64,000 nt of DNA from Candidatus Limnocylindrales bacterium. GTDB taxonomy: Bacteria > Chloroflexota > Limnocylindria > Limnocylindrales > CSP1-4. Positions 27,956-38,233 of the stretch are shown here, one piece after another. Both the position numbers and the translations under genes were made by a program. How positions within the stretch are numbered: the stretch's first letter is position 1; each line of letters opens with the position of its first letter. The stretch lies in assembly GCA_035692005.1 (NCBI GenBank), contig DASSII010000136.1:3318-67317 (forward strand), in the 5' to 3' direction. Below the pieces are notes generated by a model that saw nothing but the letters and a program-made list of their open reading frames with translations, had not been told where the DNA came from and did no database searches.

Positions 27956-27979
27956 GAGACGGCTGGAGGAGCGACCCTG

Positions 27980-29308
27980 ATGACGATGTCTCGACGGCGG
28001 ATCGTCGCCTTGGCGGCGAGCGCCATCCTCGTATTCGGAGCATGTACCGGGACTGGCGCGTCGACCGCGCCGTCGACGGCACCCACCACCGCTGCCAGTG
28101 CGGAGCCATCGAAGGCGGCCGAGCCGGTCACCATCACCTGGTACCACATCCAGAACAACGACCCGGGCCTCAGCCTGTGGAAGACCCTGGCCGACGAGTA
28201 CACGGCGGCGCACCCCAACGTCACCATCGATATCCAGGTCAACGAGAACGAGGCGTTCAAGACCAAGCTGACGACCCTGCTCCAGCAGGGCGACATCCCC
28301 GACCTGTTCCAGACATGGGGCGGTGGCGGCCTCCGACAACAGGTCGAGGCCGGCCTGGTCAAGGACATCAGCGCCGATATCGCGCCCTGGAAGGGCGACA
28401 TCAACGCCGGCGCCCTCGGCATGTACGAGGTCGATGGCAAGAATTACGGCGTCCCGTTCGACCTCGGGCTGGTCGGGTTCTGGTACAACACGAAGACCTT
28501 CACGGATGCCGGCATCACCGCCGCGCCCGCGACCTGGGATGAGTTCCTCACGACGGTCAAGACCTTGAAGGACAAGGGGGTCACCCCGATCGCCCTGGCC
28601 GGCAAGGACACCTGGACCGGTGCCTTCTACTGGGCCTACCTCGCGGTGCGGAACTGCGGCCAGGCCGGCATGGACAAGGCCGTCGTCAGCGGCGACTGGT
28701 CCGATCCCTGCTTCGTCAAGGCCGGCAAGGACTTCAAGCAGCTCATCGACATGGAGCCATTCCAGAAGGGCTTCCTCGCCGCTCCGTGGGACGGCGCCGG
28801 CAGTGGCGCGGCAGCCATGGCGACCTACAACGGCGCCATCCAGCTGATGGGCCAATGGCTTCCCGGCACCGTCAACGCGAACTCGGGTGGCAATCGCGCC
28901 ATCGGCGAGGGCCTCGGCTGGTTCCCATTCCCGAGCGTGGCCGGCAGCCCCGGCGATCCGTTCGACGGGCTCGGCGGCGGCAACGGCTTCGCCGTCGGCA
29001 AGGATGCCCCGCCGGAGACGGTCGACTTCCTCCACTACCTCGTCAGCCTCGACGCCGCGAATCGATGGGGAGCGCTCAACTCGGGCATCCTGCCGACCAC
29101 CAACGGCTCCGAGCCATCGACCACCGACCCGATGCTGACCCTGGTGCTGGAGGGCCGGGCGAAGGCCAAGTTCGTCCAGCTCTACCTCGATCAGGCGACG
29201 ACGCCGGAACTCGGCGGCGCCATCAACGAAGCCGTCGCGACCCTGTACGCTGGGACCGGCACGCCGGAGTCGGTGGTCCAGGCCATCAGCGCCGCCGCCG
29301 CCCAGTAG
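27980..29308 (+). CDS. Carbohydrate ABC substrate-binding lipoprotein (CUT1, family 1 SBP)
   Basis: GGAGGA precedes ATG 27980. Lipobox ILVFGACTG. Extracellular solute-binding family 1 sequence. Confidence 0.9.
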   Translation: MTMSRRRIVALAASAILVFGACTGTGASTAPSTAPTTAASAEPSKAAEPVTITWYHIQNNDPGLSLWKTLADEYTAAHPNVTIDIQVNENEAFKTKLTTLLQQGDIPDLFQTWGGGGLRQQVEAGLVKDISADIAPWKGDINAGALGMYEVDGKNYGVPFDLGLVGFWYNTKTFTDAGITAAPATWDEFLTTVKTLKDKGVTPIALAGKDTWTGAFYWAYLAVRNCGQAGMDKAVVSGDWSDPCFVKAGKDFKQLIDMEPFQKGFLAAPWDGAGSGAAAMATYNGAIQLMGQWLPGTVNANSGGNRAIGEGLGWFPFPSVAGSPGDPFDGLGGGNGFAVGKDAPPETVDFLHYLVSLDAANRWGALNSGILPTTNGSEPSTTDPMLTLVLEGRAKAKFVQLYLDQATTPELGGAINEAVATLYAGTGTPESVVQAISAAAAQ

Positions 29309-29367
29309 CCAACCCCTGACCAAGCCGTGGATGGGCCGGCCCGACGCCGGCCCATCCGCATGACCGA

Positions 29368-30303
29368 GTGATCGACGTGGCGACTGCCGTTGGCTCCCGC
29401 TCCCGCACCGGTCGGAACCTGCGCGCCCTGGGTGTGCCGGCGCTGTTCATGCTCCCGGCGCTGGCGTTGTATGCCCTGTTCGTCCTGTTTCCGATCGTCC
29501 AGGCGGCGCGCTTCAGCCTGTTCGACTGGAACGGACTCGAGGCACTCGATCAGTTCGTGGGCCTGGCCAACTTCGAGCGGGCGTTGGCAGATCCGGTCTT
29601 CCTCGGCGCGGTCAGCCACAACGCCTTCATCGTCATCCTGTCGCTGCTCGTCCAGATCCCGTTCGCCCTCGGGCTGGCGCTCATGCTCAATCGCCAGTTT
29701 CGGGGGCGCGCCATCCTGCGACTGATCTTCTTCGCCCCGTATGTCATCGCCGAGGTCATCACCGCGATCGTCTGGAGCCTCCTCCTCCAGCCCAATGGCC
29801 TTGCGGAGCACCTGCTCAGCGCGATCGGGCTCGGGGAGGCCTACCAGCCGTGGCTGGCCGGCACGGACACCGTCCTCGTCGCCCTGTTCTTCATCATCAC
29901 CTGGAAGTACTTCGGCTTCCACATGATCCTGTTGCTCGCCGGCCTGCAGGGGATCCCGCGCGAGATCGAGGAAGCGGCCGCCATCGACGGCGCGTCGCGC
30001 TGGCAGGGGATCCGCTACGTCACCTTGCCCCTGCTCGGCCCGACCCTCCGGGTATCGGTCTTCCTGTCGATCATCGGCTCCCTCCAGCTGTTCGATCTGG
30101 TCTGGGTGACGACACGCGGCGGGCCGGTGAACGCCTCGAACACGATGGCGGTCTACATGTTCGACCGGGGCTTCGTGCGCTTCCAGTTCGGCTACGGGAG
30201 CGCCGTCGCGGTGATCCTGTTCCTCCTCTGCTTCGTGCTCGCCCTCGCCTATCAACGGTGGGTCCTGCGCCGCGACACGGAAGGAGCCACGACCTATGGC
30301 TGA
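29368..30303 (+). CDS. Carbohydrate ABC permease (MalF/UgpA-like)
   Basis: Six-TM CUT1 permease with the EAA-loop region (EIEEAAAIDGASRWQGIRYVTLPLL). Start is GTG 29368 or 29377. Confidence 0.85.
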   Translation: MIDVATAVGSRSRTGRNLRALGVPALFMLPALALYALFVLFPIVQAARFSLFDWNGLEALDQFVGLANFERALADPVFLGAVSHNAFIVILSLLVQIPFALGLALMLNRQFRGRAILRLIFFAPYVIAEVITAIVWSLLLQPNGLAEHLLSAIGLGEAYQPWLAGTDTVLVALFFIITWKYFGFHMILLLAGLQGIPREIEEAAAIDGASRWQGIRYVTLPLLGPTLRVSVFLSIIGSLQLFDLVWVTTRGGPVNASNTMAVYMFDRGFVRFQFGYGSAVAVILFLLCFVLALAYQRWVLRRDTEGATTYG

Positions 30304-31192
30304 GCCGACGACGCGGCGGGCGAGCGCGGTGGTGGCCCGTCGAACGGGTCCGGGCGCGAGCGTCCGCGCCCGGCGCCTGGCCACCACCGTCCTGCGCTCC
30401 GTCGTGTTGCTGGTCGTGAGCGCCGTGATCGTCGTCCCCGTCGTGTATGCCGCGCTCGGCGGCTTCCGGGACGCGCCGCAGCTCGCCGCGAATCCGGTCG
30501 GTCTCCCGGATCCCTGGGTCTGGACCAACTACACCGACTCGCTCATGTCGACGAGCTTCTGGTTGCAGCTCCGCAACAGCGCCGTGGTCGCCGGGATCAC
30601 CACGGTCGTCGTCGTCCTGTTCGCGGCGCTCGCAGCGTTCGTCATCGCCCGACGGGAGTTCCCGGGTCGCGAGTTCGCGTACACCGCATTCACCCTCGGC
30701 CTGCTCTTCCCGGCGACCGTCGCGATCCTGCCGCTGCTGATCCTCGTGCGGGACCTGGGGCTGCTCGACAACCCGCTCGGACTGGCGCTGCCCGAGGCGG
30801 CGTTCGGGTTGCCGCTGACGATCATCATCCTCCGGCCGTTCTTCCGGAGCATCCCGATGGAACTCGAGGACGCCGCCGCGATCGATGGCTGCGGGCCGCT
30901 CGGGTTCTTCTTCCGGATCCTGCTGCCGCTGTCGCGACCGGCCCTGGTCACGGTCGCCGTGCTCGCCATCGTGTCGAGCTGGAATCAGTTCCTCCTGCCG
31001 CTGGTGATGCTGTCGGATGCAGACACCTGGACGCTGCCGTTGGGCCTCACCAATTTCAGCACCCAGTACACGACCGACACCGCCCGCATCCTCGCCTACA
31101 CGACGCTGGCCCTCGTGCCGGCACTCGCCTTCTACGTCGTGGCTGAGCGCCAGCTGGTCGGCGGCCTGACGGCCGGGTCGGTCAAGGGATGA
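30296..31192 (+). CDS. Carbohydrate ABC permease (MalG/UgpE-like)
   Basis: EAA loop ELEDAAAIDGCGPLGFFFRILLPL. 8-nt overlap with the preceding permease. Confidence 0.85.
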   Translation: MAEPTTRRASAVVARRTGPGASVRARRLATTVLRSVVLLVVSAVIVVPVVYAALGGFRDAPQLAANPVGLPDPWVWTNYTDSLMSTSFWLQLRNSAVVAGITTVVVVLFAALAAFVIARREFPGREFAYTAFTLGLLFPATVAILPLLILVRDLGLLDNPLGLALPEAAFGLPLTIIILRPFFRSIPMELEDAAAIDGCGPLGFFFRILLPLSRPALVTVAVLAIVSSWNQFLLPLVMLSDADTWTLPLGLTNFSTQYTTDTARILAYTTLALVPALAFYVVAERQLVGGLTAGSVKG

Positions 31193-33552
31193 CCACGGAC
31201 CTCGCCATGTATCGCGATCCGGCCGCGCCGATCGATGCCCGGGTCGCCGACCTGCTCGGGCGGATGACCCGGACGGAGAAGGTCGCCCAGCTCGGGTCGT
31301 TCTGGGCGTTCGAGGTGGTCGGGGAGGACGGCCTCGACGAGGATCGCCTGGCGTCGCTGGCCGGCCACGGGATCGGGCACATCACCCGCCTCGCCGGCTC
31401 CACCAACCTGCGCCCGGTCGAGGTGGCCGAGACCGCCAACGCGATCCAACGCCAGCTCGTCGAGCGGACCCGGCTGGGCATCCCGGTCATCATCCACGAG
31501 GAGTGCCTGCACGGCCTCCTGGCCTGGGCAGCTCCCTGCTTCCAGCAGTCGATCGGCGCGGCCGCCACATTCGACCCCGAGGTCGTGACGGCGATGGCGG
31601 CGACGATCCGCCAGCGGATGCTCCTGACCGGAGCCCGGCACGCGCTGGCGCCGGTCCTCGACATCGCGCGCGACCCGCGCTGGGGGCGGATCGAAGAGAC
31701 CTACGGCGAGGATCCGTATCTTGCGACCGAGCTTGGCTGCGCCTACACCCGGGCCCTCCAGGGCGCGGACCTCGCGAACGGCGTCCTGGCCACGGCCAAG
31801 CACATCGTCGGCCACGGCCTGGCCGAGGGTGGACGCAACCAGGCCCCGGCACACATCGGCCCCCGCGAGCTCCGCGACGAGCAGCTCTTCCCGTTCGAGG
31901 CCGCGGTCCGCGACGCGGGGATCGCCAGCGTCATGCCCGCCTACTGCGAGGTCGATGGTCTGCCCTGCCACGCCTCTGCGGAGCTCCTGACCGGCATCCT
32001 CCGCGAGGAGTGGGGCTTCGACGGGATCGTCGCGTCGGATTACATGGGCGTGGAGATGCTCGCCACCGCCCACCACCTGACCCCCGATCTTGGCGAGGCC
32101 GCCCGGCTGGCCCTGCGCGCCGGCGTCGACGCCGAGCTGCCGCGGACCGTGGCGTTCGGGTCTCCGCTGGCGAACGGCCTGGACGTCGGCAGCGTCGACG
32201 AGAGCCTGCTCGACGCGGCCGTCGCCCGAGTGCTGCGCATGAAGTTCCGACTCGGCCTCTTCGAGCGGCCGTACGTCGAGGTCCCGACCGGGGCGCTGCT
32301 CGGGCAGCTCGCCGCGGCCGAGTCGGCGGCGGCCCGGACGCTGGCCGAGCGCTCCCTGGTCCTGCTCGAGAACGACGGGGTGCTGCCGCTCGGGGCCGAT
32401 CACCGCCGCATCGCGATCGTCGGACCCATCGCCGACAGCGCGCGGGATCTGCTGGGTGACTACAGCCACCTTGTCCATATGGAGACCCTCCAGGAGATGC
32501 GCACCGGCGTCGATGCACTCGGCGTCATCGGCGACGGACCGATCGTCGCCCCGGGCGACGAGCTGTCCGGGCGACGCACGATCCTCGACGCCGTTCGCGC
32601 GGCACTGACCGGAGCCGAGGTCGTCCACGCCCCGGGTACCGGCCTGACCTCGGGCACCGATGAGGAACTCGCGCGGGCGGTGGCCGTGGCCAGCGAGGCT
32701 GACGTCGCCATCGTCGTCCTCGGCGAGCGCTCGGGCCTGACCGACGACTCGACCACCGGCGAGTTCCGCGATCGGGTGGGCCTGGGGTTCCTGGGCCGGC
32801 AGCAGGAGTTGCTCGAGGCGGTCGTCGCGACCGGGACCCCGGTCGTGCTCGTCGTCGTCAGCGGTCGGCCGCTCGCCCTTCCCTGGGCCGCCGAGCACTG
32901 CGCTGCCGTGCTGCTTGCGTGGGTGCCCGGCGATGCGGGCCCGGACGCGATCGCGGACGTGCTGAGCGGGGCGGTCAACCCCGGTGGCAAGCTGCCCGTG
33001 GCCATGCCGCGCGACGTCGGCCAGATCCCACTGACGTACCGCCACCATCCCACCGGCGGCCGTTCGCACCCCAAGGGCGACTATGTCGACGCGCCGGTCA
33101 CGCCGCTCTGGCCGTTCGGCTTCGGTCGCTCGTACACGAGCTTCAGGCTCGACGCGCTGAGCGTCGATCGGACCGAGCTGGACACGACCGGGGACACGGT
33201 GACCATCCGGGTCGACGTCACCAACACCGGCATGGTCCCGGGCGACGAGGTCGTCCAGCTCTACATCCGCGATGAGGAGGCCAGCGTGGCCCGCCCGGTG
33301 CGCGAGCTGCGCGGCTTCCGGCGGGTGCAGCTCGAGCCCGGCCGATGCCGGACGGTCGCCTTCGTCCTCTCGACCGAGCAGTTCTCCTACGTCGGCGCGG
33401 ATCATCGCCGCGTCGTCGAGCCCGGGCGTGTCAGCGTGCAGGTCGGCTCCTCCTCCGTCGACCTGCCGCTGACCGCCGAGCTGCTGCTGCGGGGCCCGGT
33501 CGTCGAGCTCGCGGAGCGGCGGCACTACCTGACGCCCTCCACGATCGAGTGA
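31189..33552 (+). CDS. Glycoside hydrolase family 3 (beta-glucosidase-like) with C-terminal fibronectin-III-like domain
   Basis: GH3 N- and C-terminal domains (GFDGIVASDY catalytic Asp region, KHIVGHG). 787 aa. ATG 31189 overlaps the permease stop (ATGA). Confidence 0.9.
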   Translation: MTTDLAMYRDPAAPIDARVADLLGRMTRTEKVAQLGSFWAFEVVGEDGLDEDRLASLAGHGIGHITRLAGSTNLRPVEVAETANAIQRQLVERTRLGIPVIIHEECLHGLLAWAAPCFQQSIGAAATFDPEVVTAMAATIRQRMLLTGARHALAPVLDIARDPRWGRIEETYGEDPYLATELGCAYTRALQGADLANGVLATAKHIVGHGLAEGGRNQAPAHIGPRELRDEQLFPFEAAVRDAGIASVMPAYCEVDGLPCHASAELLTGILREEWGFDGIVASDYMGVEMLATAHHLTPDLGEAARLALRAGVDAELPRTVAFGSPLANGLDVGSVDESLLDAAVARVLRMKFRLGLFERPYVEVPTGALLGQLAAAESAAARTLAERSLVLLENDGVLPLGADHRRIAIVGPIADSARDLLGDYSHLVHMETLQEMRTGVDALGVIGDGPIVAPGDELSGRRTILDAVRAALTGAEVVHAPGTGLTSGTDEELARAVAVASEADVAIVVLGERSGLTDDSTTGEFRDRVGLGFLGRQQELLEAVVATGTPVVLVVVSGRPLALPWAAEHCAAVLLAWVPGDAGPDAIADVLSGAVNPGGKLPVAMPRDVGQIPLTYRHHPTGGRSHPKGDYVDAPVTPLWPFGFGRSYTSFRLDALSVDRTELDTTGDTVTIRVDVTNTGMVPGDEVVQLYIRDEEASVARPVRELRGFRRVQLEPGRCRTVAFVLSTEQFSYVGADHRRVVEPGRVSVQVGSSSVDLPLTAELLLRGPVVELAERRHYLTPSTIE

Positions 33553-33567
33553 CGCCCCGGCGGACGA

Positions 33568-33583
33568 ACCAGGGACGCCTGGT
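33568..33583. terminator. Short hairpin ACCAGG gacg CCTGGT between convergent genes
   Basis: Read directly in the 45-nt gap between the GH3 stop and the stop of the Gfo/Idh/MocA gene. Confidence 0.3.
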
Positions 33584-33597
33584 CCCGGGGACCCAGG

Positions 33598-34797
33598 TCA
33601 GGCCTGCGTCACCACGCGGTCGCTGAAGTCGCCGGAGACCTCATCCTTGAGGATCAGCTTCTGGCGCCCGTCCGGCAGGAGCTCGCGCTTGATGACCACC
33701 TGCCCCTCGTACCGTTCCGGCTCGGACGTGATCCTGGCGGTCTCGCCGCCACGCCAATCGAGCACGACCGGCTCCCAGCTGCGCGAGCTCGCTGATCGAT
33801 AGCACGCGTCCATGACCGCATTCACGACGTAGCCGTCGTAGAGCGTCTCCTGCGGCGTCCCCCCGCCGTCGAGCGCACGGAACATGTCACTGAACATGTC
33901 GACGTAGCCGAGTTCGGCCACCTCGTCGCCGACCGGGAACAGCCAGCCGGCGGCCGTTTCGGCCTTCTCCGCGACGTAGCCGCCACCCCCGCCGGCGGTG
34001 AACATCTCGAACCCGGTCCGCAGGAAGTGGTTCAGCCAGATGGTGCCGTGGGTGCCGGCCACCTCGTCGCGCAGGTCCATCCCGCCGCGGAACGTCCAGC
34101 TGACCTCGAACTGGCCGATCGCGCCCGACTCGAAGCGGATGAGCGCGATCGCGTTGTCCTCATCGGCGATGGGGTGGACCAGCGTGTCCGTATGGCACAT
34201 CACCTCGACCGGCCGATTGCCCTTGCCCACGAAGTTGCGGATGATCTCGATGCAGTGGCAGCCGAGATCGACGATGGCGCCACCGCCGGTCAGTCGGCCG
34301 TCCCAGAACCAGGCCGAGTGCGGCCCGGGGTGGGTCTCACGGGAGCGGACCCAGGTCACGTCGCCGATCGCTCCGGCCTGGACCGAGGCGACGGCCTTGA
34401 GCGTCTTGGGCGTGTAGCACAGGTCCTCGAGGTAGCCGCCGAACACGCCGGCCGCCTCGACCACGTCGAGCATCCGCTTGGCCTCTTCGGCTGTCCGCCC
34501 CAGCGGCTTGGTGCACAGGACGGCCTTGCCCGCGCGGGCGGCCAGGCCGACGGCCTCCTCGTGGAGGAAGTTGGGCAGGCCCACGACCACGACGTCGGTA
34601 TCGGGGTGCTCGACCGCGGCGGCCAGATCGGTCGTCGACTGCCCGATTCCCCACCGTTCCCGGAACGCGTTCCCGCGCTCGGCACTGCGCGAGTACACCA
34701 CCTTGACGGCGTCGCGGCTGCGCTGGCCGTGCAGGGTCATCGTGTAGAAGTCGGCGATGAGCCCGGTGCCGAGCATCGAGATCCGGTGGCCTTCCAT
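33598..34797 (-). CDS. Gfo/Idh/MocA-family oxidoreductase
   Basis: [18 protein letters not shown] Rossmann N-terminus and TKPLG motif. ATG 34797 chosen; the upstream 83 codons are Pro/Arg-rich read-through. Confidence 0.85.
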   Translation of the reverse strand: MEGHRISMLGTGLIADFYTMTLHGQRSRDAVKVVYSRSAERGNAFRERWGIGQSTTDLAAAVEHPDTDVVVVGLPNFLHEEAVGLAARAGKAVLCTKPLGRTAEEAKRMLDVVEAAGVFGGYLEDLCYTPKTLKAVASVQAGAIGDVTWVRSRETHPGPHSAWFWDGRLTGGGAIVDLGCHCIEIIRNFVGKGNRPVEVMCHTDTLVHPIADEDNAIALIRFESGAIGQFEVSWTFRGGMDLRDEVAGTHGTIWLNHFLRTGFEMFTAGGGGGYVAEKAETAAGWLFPVGDEVAELGYVDMFSDMFRALDGGGTPQETLYDGYVVNAVMDACYRSASSRSWEPVVLDWRGGETARITSEPERYEGQVVIKRELLPDGRQKLILKDEVSGDFSDRVVTQA

Positions 34798-34846
34798 GTC
34801 GTCCTCCTGCGCTGTGATGGTCCGGGATGGCGGGTCGTGGCGGGGA

Positions 34847-35917
34847 TCAGCCGCCGCCGGCGGTCGAGGCGGGCATGCCGGCGGCGGCCCGGCCACGGAC
34901 GAGGTCGCGACCGGCGACGAGCGCGCGCAGCTTGGCGGTGGTCGCCCATCGCGCGGTCTGGCTGAAGCCGCAGTCGGGCACCAGCCCCAAGCGGGCCGTC
35001 GGGACACCGGCGGCCAGCACCGCGTCGATCCGGTCGGCCACCTCATCGGGGCTTTCGAGGTGGTAGTTCTTCACGTCGACCACGCCGACCGCGACGTCCC
35101 GGCCGGCCGCGGCGATGTCGCCGAGCAGCTCGACCTCGGCCATCTCGCGGTTGGCGTATTCGAGCACGAGCTCGTCGACCCGGAAGCGGAGGACGGCGTC
35201 GAGCACCGGGCGGTAGGTCCGCCGGGCCAACGGCCGGCCGAGGTAGTTCCCGAAGCACAGGTGCACCCCGAGCCGGACCCGTCCGACGATCGGTTCGACC
35301 GCGGCGTTGAACAGGGCCGCGAAGTCGCTCGGCGCGTCGGGGTGGATGGCCGGCGACGGGTCGTCGATCTGGATCCACGTCGCGCCGGCGGCGACCAGCC
35401 CTTCGAGCTCGGCACGCAGGATCGGGACGAAGGCCTCGGCGGCCCCATCGCGTTCCCGATAGACCTCGCCGGGTCCCGTGCGCAGGCGCCCGGACAGGGT
35501 GTACGGGCCCGGCAGGGTCACCTTCAACGGCCGTCGCGTCCGGGTCACGGCGTAGCGGAACTCCTCGACGACGCCGAGCCCGTCCGGTGCGGCGATCGGC
35601 TCGGTCACCTCGAACCGATGCTGCTGATCGTGCCCCCCGGCGCCGAGCCGGCGGTCGGACGGCAGTGGGCGGACGCCGCTGAGGTGGCGGTAGAACTCGG
35701 CCGTGAAGAAGCCGGCCCGGCGCATCTCGCCGTCGCTGACAACGTCGATGCCGGCGTCCTCCTGGTCACGCAGCGCCATGTCGACCGCATCGTCGAGCAT
35801 CTCCGCCAGATCGACCGGACCGAACTCGCCGCGTTCCGCTGCCGCGATCCCCGCCACGAACCACGACGGGCGCGCGTGCGACCCCACGACGCTGGTGCGC
35901 AGGCCGTCCGTTGTCAT
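34847..35917 (-). CDS. Cobalamin-independent methionine synthase (MetE C-terminal domain)-like protein
   Basis: 356 aa. N-terminal [11 protein letters not shown] and overall Meth_synt_2-like sequence ([10 protein letters not shown]..., VHLCFGNY). Its actual activity in this context is unknown. Confidence 0.75.
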   Translation of the reverse strand: MTTDGLRTSVVGSHARPSWFVAGIAAAERGEFGPVDLAEMLDDAVDMALRDQEDAGIDVVSDGEMRRAGFFTAEFYRHLSGVRPLPSDRRLGAGGHDQQHRFEVTEPIAAPDGLGVVEEFRYAVTRTRRPLKVTLPGPYTLSGRLRTGPGEVYRERDGAAEAFVPILRAELEGLVAAGATWIQIDDPSPAIHPDAPSDFAALFNAAVEPIVGRVRLGVHLCFGNYLGRPLARRTYRPVLDAVLRFRVDELVLEYANREMAEVELLGDIAAAGRDVAVGVVDVKNYHLESPDEVADRIDAVLAAGVPTARLGLVPDCGFSQTARWATTAKLRALVAGRDLVRGRAAAGMPASTAGGG

Positions 35918-35921
35918 GCGC

Positions 35922-36890
35922 TTACTCCTCCTTCGAGCCGAACGTCAACCACCGACCGGGGTTAGCGATGAACAGCCGACGGCGGATGCCGGCATCCAGC
36001 CCACGCGCCTCCATCAGGCGAGCGAAGCCATCGAGCAACCAGGTCAGGCCGGGACGACCGCCGTAGACCGCGTAGTAGCCGCGCCGCGCGGCGTCCATGC
36101 CGAGCACGATCCGATCGAGCATCCCATCGGCGGCGGCCCACTCGAGGATCTGGAGCGTGCCGTTCGGCCGGTCTCCCCAGCGGAATGAGCCGTCCAGTTC
36201 GGCCGTCGCTCCGGTCGCCCAGATCGCCCGCTGGTAGCCGCGGTCGACGATCTTGTCGACGTGCGAGACGGCGACGTGGGCCAGGTCGACGCCCCGGTCG
36301 GCCAGGAGCGCCAGCTGCTCGAGCGCCCCGCTGCCGGCTTCGCAGTGGGTCAGGATCGGCGACCCGGTCCGCCGGTGGGCGATGGCGGCCGCTTCGAATA
36401 CCCGTGCGTCGCGCGGCGATGGCCCACCCTCCGAACCGGCGACCTTGATGACGCCCGCCCGGACCGACGTCCGACGGACCAGCGGGCCGGAGTAGTCGTT
36501 GGCGTCGATGCCGAGGTCGATGTCGGCGATGAACAGCTCGGCCAGCTCGTCGATCGACACTCGGTGCGACCAGTGGGCAGGCCCGTAGTAGCGGTCGTGA
36601 TGGAGGCCGGTCGGGGCGACCACGCGGACCCCGCTGCGGCTCGACAGCTCGGCCAGCTTGTCGGCGTTCCGGCCCGCGTCGCACGGCATCGCGTCGACCA
36701 GCGCGCCGAGGCCGAGCGCGGACGCCGCGCTCACCTCCTCGACCGCCGCGTCGACATCGGACAGGTCGAAGGTCGGGTCCATCGCGACCGGTCGGCCGCC
36801 GTCGATGATGAGGTGCTCGTGGGCATAGGTGACGCCGAGGGCCGCCGGGTCGATGTCGCCGAGGACCGTGCGGACGAAGGGGTCGGTCAC
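35922..36890 (-). CDS. Phosphotriesterase-homology (PTE/PHP) amidohydrolase, probable lactonase
   Basis: GVTYAHEHLIID metal-binding motif at the N-terminus and a 322-aa TIM-barrel amidohydrolase. ATG 36890 overlaps the upstream stop. Confidence 0.85.
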   Translation of the reverse strand: MTDPFVRTVLGDIDPAALGVTYAHEHLIIDGGRPVAMDPTFDLSDVDAAVEEVSAASALGLGALVDAMPCDAGRNADKLAELSSRSGVRVVAPTGLHHDRYYGPAHWSHRVSIDELAELFIADIDLGIDANDYSGPLVRRTSVRAGVIKVAGSEGGPSPRDARVFEAAAIAHRRTGSPILTHCEAGSGALEQLALLADRGVDLAHVAVSHVDKIVDRGYQRAIWATGATAELDGSFRWGDRPNGTLQILEWAAADGMLDRIVLGMDAARRGYYAVYGGRPGLTWLLDGFARLMEARGLDAGIRRRLFIANPGRWLTFGSKEE

Positions 36891-38233
36891 GAGGCCATCG
36901 CCCGGTCCGTGTCAGGGTGGTCGACGATGGCCCCGGCCGCACGCAACCTCCGACGGAGGTCGGCCACGTCGATGTCGCGTGGGTCGCGCCGGGTGGCCAC
37001 CGCCATCGCCGCCGCGCTGCCGGCAGCCTCGCCCATCGCCATGCACTGGGCCATGCTCCGGACGGAGGCGTGCGCCTCGTGGGTGGCGCTGAAGCAGCGG
37101 CCGGCCACCAGGACGTTGCGCGCATCGCGCACGACCAGGCTGCGATAGGGGATGCCGACCGCCGAACCGGCCGGCAGGTAGCGCCACACGGTGTCGGGGC
37201 CAGTGCCGTGGTCCTCGATCGGCGCCCCGCACAGCCCGATCACGTCGTCGAACCCGCGGGCGGCCAGCACGTCGTCGCCCGTCAGCCGGTACTCCCCGTA
37301 CACCCGACGGGTCTCGCGTACGCCGATCTGGGTCGCCAGGCCGACGAGCGACGCGTGCTCGTAGCCCGGCACCCGATCGCGCAGGAAGCGCACGTACTCG
37401 AGCGCCTGGCGCCGGCCCGCCATCTCGGACTCGGTCAGGTACCACGGGTCGGTGGTGTCGACGACGCGGCCGTCGGGCGCGCGCCGGACTGCGTCCAGGC
37501 GGGTCATGACCGTGGCCGTCACGCCGTCGATGGGGGTGGCGTGATCGCTGCCCTCCCGGCGGGGGAGGTCGTACGACCCCGAGGCGGCGGCCTCGGCCAT
37601 GCGCTCGTGGAGGTCCGCCCGTGTCACCGCTGCGCGCCGGGCGGCGTCGACCCCGGCGACCCGGAAGGTCGTGGTCAGGCTCTGGGCCGGGCCGAGCTCG
37701 CCGGCCGTCTCGTACCCGAAGCCGGCGAAATGACACAGGTCCGCGTCGCCGGATGCATCGATGAACGTCGTCGCGCGCACGCGCGCGAGACCGGCCCGGG
37801 TGGCGACCACGATCGATCGGACCCGGCCGTCCTCCACGTCGACAGCCTGGACCATCGCGTGCAGCAGGACCCGTGCTCCGGCACCGACGACGAGGTCCTC
37901 CCAGACGACCTTGAGGTGGTCCGCCAGGTAGGTCACCCCGGTGCCGGCTCCGTACGTGTTGGGTCGCTCGAGCACCCGGCCGATGCGGCGCAACCCGGCG
38001 ACGACCGCATCGCCGATGCCGCCCACGACCTTGACCGGTCGCTCGCCGGGGGTCCAGAAGCCATAGAACGTGTCGAGCACGGCCGTGCTCGTGCCGCCGA
38101 GGAACGGCAGTCGGTCGACGAGCAGCACGCGCGCACCGGCCCGAGCCGCCGCGATCGCCGCCGTCGACCCGGCCGAGCCCGCCCCGACGACGCACACGTC
38201 GACCTCGGCCAGCAGCGGGGCGTCGATGGTCAT
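36887..38233 (-). CDS. FAD-dependent oxidoreductase (GG-containing FAD_oxidored type)
   Basis: VCVVGAGSAGSTAAIAAARAGARVLLVDRLPFLGGT. ATG 38233 overlaps the SDR stop (ATGA). Confidence 0.8.
   Translation of the reverse strand: MTIDAPLLAEVDVCVVGAGSAGSTAAIAAARAGARVLLVDRLPFLGGTSTAVLDTFYGFWTPGERPVKVVGGIGDAVVAGLRRIGRVLERPNTYGAGTGVTYLADHLKVVWEDLVVGAGARVLLHAMVQAVDVEDGRVRSIVVATRAGLARVRATTFIDASGDADLCHFAGFGYETAGELGPAQSLTTTFRVAGVDAARRAAVTRADLHERMAEAAASGSYDLPRREGSDHATPIDGVTATVMTRLDAVRRAPDGRVVDTTDPWYLTESEMAGRRQALEYVRFLRDRVPGYEHASLVGLATQIGVRETRRVYGEYRLTGDDVLAARGFDDVIGLCGAPIEDHGTGPDTVWRYLPAGSAVGIPYRSLVVRDARNVLVAGRCFSATHEAHASVRSMAQCMAMGEAAGSAAAMAVATRRDPRDIDVADLRRRLRAAGAIVDHPDTDRAMAS

Noticed and set aside
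31132-33525. 797-aa minus-strand ORF antisense to the GH3 gene. Similar giant antisense or off-frame ORFs include 601..1638(-), 2798..4264(-), 7201..8721(-), 14093..15574(-), 20272..21573(+), 21362..22957(+), 25280..26998(+), 27692..29323(-), 29191..30528(-), 45889..47052(-), 46575..47930(-), 50750..52831(+), 59926..61548(+) and 61639..63411(-).
   Set aside because: All are Arg/Pro/Gly/Asp-rich low-complexity translations with no recognisable motifs. Each lies opposite or out of frame to a gene with clear family signatures. Long stop-free shadow frames are expected at this GC content.
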